From assembly GCA_963777155.1 (NCBI GenBank), contig CAVZPM010000019.1, forward strand, positions 1 to 17,451: DNA of 17,451 nucleotides, read 5' to 3'. The translations under genes were made by a program, and so were the position numbers. Below, one piece after another: positions 8,416 through 17,188 of the stretch; position 1 is the stretch's first letter; the number at the start of each line of letters is the position of its first letter. The notes under the pieces were generated by a model. It was not told the DNA's origin and searched no databases. It worked only from the letters and a program-made list of their open reading frames with translations. This DNA is from Candidatus Bathyarchaeota archaeon (GTDB taxonomy: Archaea; Thermoproteota; Bathyarchaeia; Bathyarchaeales; Bathycorpusculaceae).

Positions 8416-8435
8416 TGTAATACATTTGTAGTACA
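8416..8435. promoter_or_regulatory. Tandem TGTA-N-TACA palindromes; candidate autoregulatory RHH operator
   Basis: TGTAATACA-TT-TGTAGTACA with an 11-bp period, 12-31 bp upstream of the RHH gene start codon. Confidence 0.6.
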
Positions 8436-8646
8436 CTCAAATTCTCTTATCTCTTTTCCCGCTCAGTATAGATTAGATACGTTTCAAAGTTTAATGAAAC
8501 AGATCAATGTTAATTGCAGAATCCATCGTTTGTGTTGCAAAGCAGACTTGACAAACTCTGCAGGAGCGTTTGTTAAGAGAGCTCAAGCATCGATCAAGCA
8601 TTAAAACTATTCAAATCTACTATCTTTTTTAATCTATACTAGAATA

Positions 8647-8690
8647 GCGTAAATGTTATATGCATTAAAAGCTAAAAAAGCTCAGGAGTG
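8647..8690 (+). promoter_or_regulatory. TATA-like box and Shine-Dalgarno site for the surface protein/tubulin-like operon
   Basis: TTATAT at 8656-8661 preceded by GCGTAAATG. AGGAGTG at 8684-8690, 7 nt before the in-frame TTG at 8698. Confidence 0.5.
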
Positions 8691-8697
8691 TCCCAAA

Positions 8698-9651
8698 TTG
8701 AAAAACAAAATTCTAGCTCTAAGTCTACTAATCATTTTAACAACCATGATGATAGCGTCTTTTTCACCAGTCAAAGCTGTAGGTGAAGGACAATGGATAA
8801 CCACCTACAGAATTGAAGATTCTTCAGGACAACTTCTAGTCCAATACGACCCCACAACGAACACAACCAACACCCTGGCGCCAGTACTACCCGGAACCGA
8901 CATTAAAGTCACATTCACCATTAACATCGTTGCGCTAGGTGCAGATACATTAAGACTAACAACAAGCCTACAAAAATCTACAGCACACCCCAGCGGCTAC
9001 TGGGAACTTCAAACCTCAACATATGACATGGGCTCCACATACAACCCAGCTTCCCAATCCACAACTTTCAAATGGAGCTCAGGAACCTTTGACATGGTCC
9101 TATATGGTAAGGTTCCAACCAGCACCTCAACCGTTGAACAAACTGTTAAGGTTGTTAGCTTGTACGGTGGCTCTGGTGGAACGGCCCTTGATCAAATAAT
9201 CGTTCAAGCAACCAGTGCAGGCCTAGCTAACTTTAACGTTTTATATAATCAGCAACAAACAAAACTGAACAAACTCATATCTGACGGAGTTTCCCAAGGA
9301 TACATCGATATTTTCACCAACGTCCTCAACGCATCCAGAACAATAGCTAATGCAGGAGACGTCACAGACGCCATAGCTCTCTTAAATGGACTCAACACTG
9401 CCAACCCGCCAGTATCTTCAACTATGGAAGCTTTGTTCATACCAATCATAGGTGTTTTGGCAGCTGTCGCGGTGATATTCGTAGTTCTCTTTTTGAGAGT
9501 ACGTGGAAAAGTGAGCTACTTCCAACTTGTAGTTGAAGACCAAATCAAAGATTTAGAAGGCTTGACTCTCAGAGCATCCAAAATCGACAGAGCAATGTCC
9601 TCAAGTCTTGAATCAGTTAAAGATAGACTGAAAAGATTAGTCGGGATGTGA
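8698..9651 (+). CDS. Predicted single-pass cell-surface protein: signal peptide, Thr/Ser-rich beta domain, helical bundle, C-terminal TM and ~50-aa cytoplasmic coiled-coil tail
   Basis: KNKILALSLLIILTTMMIASFSPVKA|VG signal peptide; sequons NTT and NAS; TM ALFIPIIGVLAAVAVIFVVLFL followed by RVRGK; amphipathic tail VVEDQIKDLEGLTLRASKIDRAMSSSLESVKDRLKRLVGM. The ORF track starts at ATG 8653, but the SD favours TTG 8698. Confidence 0.8.
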   Translation: MKNKILALSLLIILTTMMIASFSPVKAVGEGQWITTYRIEDSSGQLLVQYDPTTNTTNTLAPVLPGTDIKVTFTINIVALGADTLRLTTSLQKSTAHPSGYWELQTSTYDMGSTYNPASQSTTFKWSSGTFDMVLYGKVPTSTSTVEQTVKVVSLYGGSGGTALDQIIVQATSAGLANFNVLYNQQQTKLNKLISDGVSQGYIDIFTNVLNASRTIANAGDVTDAIALLNGLNTANPPVSSTMEALFIPIIGVLAAVAVIFVVLFLRVRGKVSYFQLVVEDQIKDLEGLTLRASKIDRAMSSSLESVKDRLKRLVGM

Positions 9652-12342
9652 TAGACCACGCGAATATACCAAAACAGCGTACAGTTGATTGGACTCGGCT
9701 CAGCAGGCACCAATATAGTAGAAACTTTCCTGACCAGCAAAAAAACCAAAGAATTAATGGAAAACGACCTGACACGCCTCTCTCTTTTAGCCATAGACAT
9801 TGCAGACCCAGAAATCAGAAGCTTGCAGGAAACCAACGAACAAATAACAAGACAAATGATTAAAGCAGGCATACCCCGCGAAAGAATGCGACTAATTGCC
9901 CAATCCGTTAAGTTCCCAACGGCCGAAGCAATGTTTGACTTCATCAACCAAAAATACAGTGAATACTTAATAGGTGAAGGCTCAAAACTTGTAAACTTCC
10001 AGCCGTGGCTGCAAACAACAATGGCTATCCCACCCATGGCAGGTGGAGCAGGACGAAGACGCGCACTCGCCAAAGCAATCTATGCTTTAAACTACTACCA
10101 ACTTGGCATTATAAGAAACTGCATAAACTCATTCAAAGAACAAGCGCTCTCTGCAATAGTAACTCCCACTGTCGTTGTGGTTTATGGACTTGGCGGTGGC
10201 ACTGGAAGCGGTGTCTTCTTTGATTTTGTTAAGCACCTACGAAAAGTGTTAGGGTCAGGAGTGGCAATTATCGCCTTTGTAATAACGCCTTGCGGCGGAG
10301 ACGACCCACCTGCAAAAGGATGCTCATCATTCGTTGCCCTAAACGAACTCAATCTGTTACTCAACAAAGACTACAACGATTATGTAATCAAAGAATACGG
10401 AGAACCCTACCGAAACCCACTAAACGCACTAATCTACTTGCCTCTGCTTCCAGCATTCTCCAAAGTAGGCAACATCGTTAGTGCCAGACAAGAAATGGAC
10501 GAAATGGTCGTCGATCTACTCTACACACTAATGGATTTTGACTTAGCGGACCTTCTAGGCGGTATCGGAACCGAAGTGGGCTTAACTAACAATTCGGCAC
10601 ACACACTGGGCATGACCAAAGTAATGTACCCCGTTGAAGACTACATTCTAGCATTCAAGCTTGACTTTGAATCAATGCAGATGCTACAGGATTCAAGAAA
10701 AGAAAAACTCGACATAATTGAAGAGATAAACAGTATCATAAAGGTCGACAGTGACGTAACTAGAGAACTCTTCAAAAACTACCTTATTAAAACTGGAACA
10801 TTCAATGAGGAACAATTTGAGGAAAAACTCAAGAACACGATTAATAGCAACCCACGCCTCGAAGACGACAGAACGCTACACGTAAAGGGCATCGAAATCC
10901 AAGTTAAGAACTGGTTAGAGGACATAATGCAGTATCTATCAACCATCAAACTGATGGGTAAGATTGGCCCCATCGAAGAATCAATCATAGCGTTAACATT
11001 GCGGAAGGAGGGCTCAAGGAAGATGGATAGTCTTGAAGCGCTGCTTACAAACCTAACCAAGACGCATTTAGATTTCAGTGCGAAGAAAGCTTCAATTGTT
11101 GAGCGCCTAAACCAACTTATCCCAAGCTCTCAAATCTTTACTCTTCGGCAAAAGAAAGTGCTTGAAGATCTTGTCAACATAGCTGAACTCGCTGAGAAAT
11201 CAATGCTTATCTTAAAATTCTACGACGAAACCCGATACATAACCGAAGCTTTAATGCGGTACTATGAAGTTTTGCCTGAATGCCAAGCTGAACTCGCAGA
11301 GCTAAAAGACATTCAAAACGAACTCGCCACAATCTACTTAGTAATTCAACTCATGCTCCGAACACCCCCAGACGAAGCCAAAATGATAGATGAACACTTA
11401 ACCTACATCAACGAAATCCTATCCAAACGCATGCAGAAAAGAGGCAACTTCGACAACGAAGTCATGAGAGTCCAAGAAATAAAGAAACGCAAAGAATTCG
11501 ACAAAACCAAAATGGAGCGGCAAGTCCGCAAGTTTCTAAGCAGCAAACGCTACGCCAGAGAACAACTCCTCAACATCGACCGAGAACTCAAACGCGTCGA
11601 ACAGGAAGAAGCCTTCGCAACCGAAAACCTAGACAAAATCGACAACACAATAAAACTCTACGAGAAACTATCCAAACGCTTTGAACTGATCTCGGAATAC
11701 CGTAAACGCCTCAACAAAATCGTTGACCTCCACAGCGAATACAAAGCCAAAATATCGGAAATAGTGGCTCCAAAACGTTACTTTGAAAAATCCGCTGATC
11801 TAACTCAACGTGAACAACTAAAAATCATATTTAAAATCCTCACTGAACAAGAAGAAAATCTTACACACGAAATCATCTATAAAGACATCCTTGACATTGA
11901 ACACTTCAAAGACTACATGAAAAGCGTCGTCCGGGCCTTCAAGACACCAAGCATAATGGGCTTTAAACCCACATACAAGACAGACTATCTCTGGGTAACC
12001 ATTTCTACGCCGCCAAAAATGTGGACCGAAGACATGTCACAGGAAATCTACACTGCCCTCGCAGGATACGTAACAAGCGAAGTCTCCAGAACCATAACTG
12101 TTCGTGTTATTGAATCGCGCGACGCGTGGACAACTAGAATTATGGTTGTGGCTGGAAGAGGCAAACCCGAGGACATGGAAGCCTACGACGAAATGCAGTT
12201 GCTCTACAGCAAATCCAGCGACTTCGAAAGATACCTCTCACGTAGCTACTTGCTTGAACACGGAGTACATGCAACCAACATTATTAGGGACATAAACCGC
12301 AACAGCGGCATTAACGGCAACGGAAACGGCAATAAAAAGTAA
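9648..12342 (+). CDS. Large tubulin/FtsZ-superfamily GTPase with a long helical/coiled-coil insertion (FtsZl1/Tubulin_2-like); one frameshift near 9671-9674
   Basis: GTG 9648 overlaps the upstream stop (GTGA). Removing one A gives MIDHANIPNSVQLIGLGSAGTNIV (T1 loop). Also LAIDIAD, GGAGRRRALAK, the signature GGGTGSG at 10192-10212, a T7-like DFDLAD at 10534-10551, and an E/K/L/R-rich helical middle. Confidence 0.9.
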
Positions 12343-12381
12343 AAAGAACAGCAGGTTTTTCCTGCAACCTCATTTTTTGTT
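12343..12381. terminator. Probable bidirectional terminator between the two convergent tubulin-fold genes
   Basis: Hairpin GCAGG-TTTTT-CCTGC (12351-12365), with an A-run upstream and a T-run at 12373-12378, in a 39-bp gap. Confidence 0.55.
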
Positions 12382-13969
12382 TTAATCAGCTTTCTTTAGT
12401 TGCAGCTTTCCTGTACTTCGCGTACGTCTCGGCTTTGCTGGTGTTTGAGTTTTTTCTTCGTCAATGATCGGTGTCTTGGCTTTTTTCGTTCGAGGCGTAT
12501 TCTTTGAATTTTCCAAGGGTTTTGACTCTACTGCTTTTTCTATGTCTGTCAATGAAGCTTCAACAATTTGTGTTTCGGATGTGTCTTCTGGGACAGCGAT
12601 GAGTGGTGAGGTTTTTACGCTTTGGGTTTCGTTGATCAGATGTGTTTCCTCAGTTTCAGGTTGTTCTGTAGACGTCGGAAGTTGTTCAGGAAATACTTCA
12701 GGTGTACTCGGGGTTATTTGGGGTTCACCTGTTGGAGTCGGACTCTCTTTTAGGAGCTCCTGAGCAATCGACGGGGATGGCTCCACATCTTGGGAAGGTT
12801 CAGCAATCGGTACTTCAGCCAAGACTGGTTTTTCTTCAACCTTGATTATGAAGCTTCCATCCTCAGTCATAAAACCCTTCTCGACTGCTAGATTCTTCAG
12901 TGGCAAAACCTTCTGTTCCAAATCAGACAACATCTTGTCGATTTCAAAGCCACCAACTAACAACACAGCATCCACGCGGTCAGTCAAATCTTCCGTGTAG
13001 ATGGGCTCGGATATATAGATTGATTGGAGGGTTGTCTTTCCCTTAAACCAGTTTGTAATCGCTAACTCAATTTTTCCCTGTGGAAGCTTATCTTTTAGGC
13101 TTGTAGGCACGCGTAAAAAAACATACAAAAGCGAAGCCGTGGACAAATCAAATGTAAGGAAGGGTTTTAGCAACGCGGTGTTTAACATGTTTTCTATGGA
13201 GCCGTAAACATTATAGCTTGCTCCCGTAACTACGATTGGCGTAAAAAGCTTAGTGTTAAAAGTCCGAGATAATTCTGAGATTTCCTCCACAAGTGAGGCT
13301 TTCGTCAAAAACAGGTTCAACAGATAATTAAGAACCATGTTTCCCTTTATTGGTTCACCTATTCGGTCAACACCCTCATAGTTTTCCACGTGATCTCTGT
13401 CCATAAGCAATACTGTCGCGCCATCGGTAACCGAGCATATTTTCAGTGCAGCATACGCGTTAAAGTGGGCGTCGATGGGCTGTATTTTCGAGGGTAAAAT
13501 CGCTATGGAAAACGAATCCATGTTTGCTGCTTTAAATTTTCTTATTAAAGTTGGCAGGGCAGCGCTTCCGAGTCCATCCCAGATTGACGAAAAAATTGTT
13601 GCATAACGAAGTTTTTCAGAAGATTTTTTCTGAAGACTATCAATTACAGAATCATCCAGCATGATGGTAGGCATAACGTTGTACCAAAAGTGGGTATCAA
13701 TATGGGCTTCCTCAAAACCCAAAACCAAATGTGCATTGAATCCTTTAGGGAGCCACTTGTAGACTTCTTCGCTGGATTTTTCAATAAGGATTGGCAATGT
13801 AGTTTCTTTGCTGACATTTAGGTCTCTTAAGAAGCATTTTAATTGTGAATTCGCCAATGCAAACTAAAGCTTGTTTGGGCAACAGCGGTTTTAGTGCTTC
13901 TATGTGTTTTTCTATACTTTCTAATATGTCAAAACTATCTTTGCCATCTTTCATCCGAGGTACCTGCAT
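12382..13969 (-). CDS. Divergent FtsZ/tubulin-fold protein with degenerate GTP-binding motifs and a ~155-aa disordered Pro/Glu/Thr-rich, basic-ended tail; one frameshift near 13825-13833
   Basis: ORF 13781..13969 (..KQALVCIGEFTIKMLL) joins ORF 12382..13857 (RDLNVSKETT..). ATIFSSIWDGLGSAALPTL...FSIAILPS...HFNAYAAL...VLLMDRD parallels the tubulin S4-T4-H4-S5-H5-S6 order. ALLKPFLTFDLSTASLLYVFL and EDLTDRVDAVLLVGGF parallel the FtsZ C-terminal domain. Alignment was by eye only. Confidence 0.68.
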
Positions 13970-13986
13970 AAGGTTTAAGAGGAGTT

Positions 13987-14009
13987 TACCTAAAATAAGG
14001 TTTTAGGTA
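13987..14009. promoter_or_regulatory. 9-bp perfect inverted repeat in a 49-bp divergent promoter region
   Basis: TACCTAAAA-TAAGG-TTTTAGGTA. TATA-like TTTAAG on + at 13974-13979 and TTATTTTA on - at about 13991-13998. Confidence 0.45.
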
Positions 14010-14018
14010 GTTGATTGC

Positions 14019-16425
14019 GTGAAGAAGCCCTCTTTTAAAATTTCTGGAGCAAAGTCCTGGTATCAAAACCAAAAACAGAAAAGAAAAGAGAAGGAAGAAC
14101 TAGAACAGCACCTTGAATCTTCATCGTTAAAAATGGTTACTTTTCTTTTCACCGCCGTTGCGATGGGAGTCGGGATGTCTATTCTGCCGATGTTTCCACA
14201 ACCACTACCTATCTTCATAGCTATTCTGGTAGCATTTGTCACCTTTAGAATTCCACGTGTTGGAATGCCAATTGGCGGAGCAATCATCGGCTTAGGATTG
14301 ATGTACCATTTAGCCCAATTATACTTCATTTCGTTCCTTGGTGATATGCAGATCCGCGTTGCATTCATCATTATCTGGATGGCGTTGTTTGTGGTTCCAC
14401 CAGCACTTTTCAACCGCTACAAGAGCGCCTTAGCCACAGACTTTGGAATATTGGCGGTCACTTCACTCTTTGTTGGCCCTCTTTATTTTTTGGCAATTCC
14501 AATACTATTGGCTTCAGCTGTATTCTTCAAAAAATATGTTAGCCTATCGATCATCTACTTTGTCCTGCTTTCAGTGCCACTGCAAATCATGCAGTACTTC
14601 CAATACACGGTCTTACCGATTGTAAGGTCAGACTGGTGGGTTGAACCTGGCTCTGCCCCACCGTTACTTGTCCCTTTGACTTCAATCGGCAAGGACTTAG
14701 CCGGCTCAATGAGCCAATTCCGATTGTATGATTTATCAAAAGTATTCTATGACATCGCTGGTCAAACCACTTGGACTCCAGATTGGACTGGACGCACAAT
14801 CGGCGATGCTGTTACTCAGTACCGAGACTCAATCCCAGGCATACTCATGTTTGTAATCGTTGTTGCGGGACTTGCTTTGACCCTTATGTTTTTCACTCGA
14901 ATGCTTGTTAAAGGAGGCATAATTGGCAATGGCGATAAGCTTTTTCCCTGCTTCACCGCCACAATCGCGGCTGCGTTGTTTTTTATTCTTCTAAGTGCCC
15001 TTCAGACTCCTTTGGCTTTCACGGCGGACGTCAGCGGAATAACGATGGTCTTAGGAATTTTTGCTACACTTCTCTTTACGTTGCCTGTAGCTTTCATGGA
15101 TTATACACCAAAAAATCGGGCTTCAAACCGGGAAATCATTGACAAAGCCAGAGCACTCATGAATAAAGTAGTAGTTTTTGAAGGACAATTGGAGAATATA
15201 AAAGAACATACCTGTTATAGTGAGCGCTCCTGAGGGAAAAATGAGCATTATCAAGGAAGTACTTGAAGAAACCCTGAGGAATGCTGAAAGAAGCGCCTAT
15301 GTTCAGGAAGAATTAGATGAGAAATTTGACGAGTCTAGAAAAACTTGCCAAAGATCACGAGGCTTTAGAAGCAGAACTTGGAACTATCTTGTCAGAGTAC
15401 CAAGTTTTCGCTTATTGTGAATACTCTAATTGGGCAGGAAAACTCAAAGACGCTGGCTTAAACATCAAAACCACCTTAAATACCGCATACCAAAAAGAGA
15501 TGCCGCTGGAACCAAGAATTGAAGCCATTAAACAAATCATAGAGGCAAGTAGAGTCTTAACCAAGGAAACAATCGAGATTGCAAAGCCAATATATGACAT
15601 AATAAGACCGCTCTACGATCCCTCTCTTCCCGAGAAATGTCGAGCAGCCGAATTCGCCAATGAAAAACTGGAAAAGAAAGAAGCACCATGGATAGCCATC
15701 GATGCACTCTATAATGCGCTAAATAATTGGAAACGCCAGTACGGAAAAGAGATCCAAGCGTCCATGCGGTACCTGCAAAGTTCCCTCTCACCCATTGCCA
15801 GTCTAAGTCAGACAAAGTGAAGCTTTACCGCCCGTTTTCGGCGAGCAAACACCCAAAGTACTCGGCTACGCCCAGAAAGCTGAAACAATGAAAGCTGACG
15901 CAGCGAAGAGAGCGGAAAAAGCCGAGTTAGACCTTTTGGATATCGTAACCCTGAAGGACGATATTCAAGGCTACATAGCCATGGCAAACGATATCCTATC
16001 GATGCTGTATGCTGGAATGGTTAGCAACGAAGAAGCAATCGACCGACTACTTCCAACCAAAGACTATCTGTGGGAGAAAAACAGCACCCTACGCGAACAA
16101 CTCAAACAAGCCACCGAAATTCTCGGAAACCCATCCAGCTACAAGATAAACCAAATAATGGAAAAACTGCCCCAGTACCTCTCATACATAGATGAGGCAG
16201 TCCAGACACTTGTCAGTTTATAGCGAACGTAAAGAGTTTCTACTCAACTACCCCATAGCTGAAGCAGCCATAGAAGAGCGATTGCAAGTTAAAGAGCAGC
16301 TTTTCCCTCAGGACCTGCCGTTCCAACCACAGTTCGCCGCAGAATACCTAAGACTCTACTACTCAGCAAGATTTGGCGAATATGCATTTGACAAAGATAA
16401 CTCTACTCTTACCAAAAGAACTTAA
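14019..16425 (+). CDS. Large (~800 aa) polytopic membrane protein with a long C-terminal alpha-helical domain; four frameshifts (about 15204, 15333, 15810 and 16210)
   Basis: Five adjacent same-strand ORFs join with single-base corrections (NIPVIVSAPEGKM; DELEKLAKDH; QSEALPPVFGEQTPKVLGYAQKAETMKAD; TLSVYSERKEF). About 9-10 hydrophobic helices in the first ~360 aa, then heptad-like helices. Family not recognised. Confidence 0.75.
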
Positions 16426-16523
16426 TGATAAGCACGTTGCCTCGGAAAAAGTCATTTTTTATACATTCTGTTTTTATATTCAAATTCACTTATTATGTAA
16501 CCAATGATTTTTGAGGAATAAAC

Positions 16524-17188
16524 TTGGCCTATTTTACCGACCGAATCGAGGCTGGCAAAAAGCTTGCATTAGCTTTAGAGGATTTTAAAGGTAATGGAAT
16601 TGTCTTAGCTATTCCCCGCGGAGGAGTCGTTGTGGGTTACGTGATTGCAGAGAAGCTTGGACTGACTTTGGATGTGATTATCCCCCGCAAAATCGGCGCT
16701 CCCAACAACCCGGAACTAGCCATTGGCGCCGTAGCTGAGGATGGAACAACAATTCTCGACAACAACTTGATTAGTTATCTGGGCGTCAGCCCAAAATACA
16801 TTAAAGAAGAAACCGAGCGGCAAAAACAGGAAATTCACCGTAGATTAAACTATACAGGCAAGATGCAAGTTACCCCGACGTAAAGGGATTGGATGTTATT
16901 ATTGTAGATGATGGGATAGCTACTGGTTCTACGATGAAGGCGGCGTTGGCTTCGGTGAAAAATCGGGGAGCAGCCAGCGTAACTGTTGCAATTCCAGTTG
17001 GTCCTCCTAAAACGATTGAAGAACTGGAAAAGTTTGCGGACCGTGTCGTCTGCCTCTATACGCCTGAATTCTTCCAGGCTATCGGGCAATTCTATAGCGA
17101 CTTTAGCCAAACTGAAGACGAAGAAGTCAACGAATTGCTACAGGAAAACAGACGAAAAAACTTAGGGATCCAAAGGAGTCGTGATAGC
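16524..17188 (+). CDS. Type I phosphoribosyltransferase-family protein; one frameshift near 16846-16850; 3' end uncertain
   Basis: FTDRIEAGKKLA, VLAIPRGGVVVG, RKIGAPNNPELAIGAV, the PRPP loop VIIVDDGIATGSTM, and AIGQFYSDFSQTEDEEV. GAGG SD before TTG 16524. Confidence 0.92.

Noticed and set aside
7475-8435. RHH gene with a TGTA/TACA operator as a toxin-antitoxin module
   Set aside because: There is no adjacent small toxin ORF, and the RHH is fused to a PurM-fold domain.
8441-8652. Intergenic region with weak inverted repeats (for example GTTTCA-N8-TGAAAC at 8481-8500) and a 65-aa ORF, considered as a riboswitch, ncRNA or small gene
   Set aside because: No cobalamin-riboswitch core or stable stems are visible. 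Six-bp arms in AT-rich DNA are expected by chance, and the ORF overlaps the operator region.
9648-9863. 71-aa ORF as a separate gene, or a programmed frameshift at the start of the tubulin-like gene
   Set aside because: Only its first ~8 codons are needed as the GTPase N-terminus. One extra A in AAAA explains it, and there is no slippery heptamer or evident stimulatory structure.
12301-12339. AACGGC-like repeats (NGNGNGN) at the GTPase C-terminus
   Set aside because: A short low-complexity coding tail, not a repeat array.
9648-13969. Calling either tubulin-fold gene ftsZ, cetZ or true tubulin
   Set aside because: Length, the insertion and motif details differ from canonical members, and family placement needs a phylogeny I cannot run.
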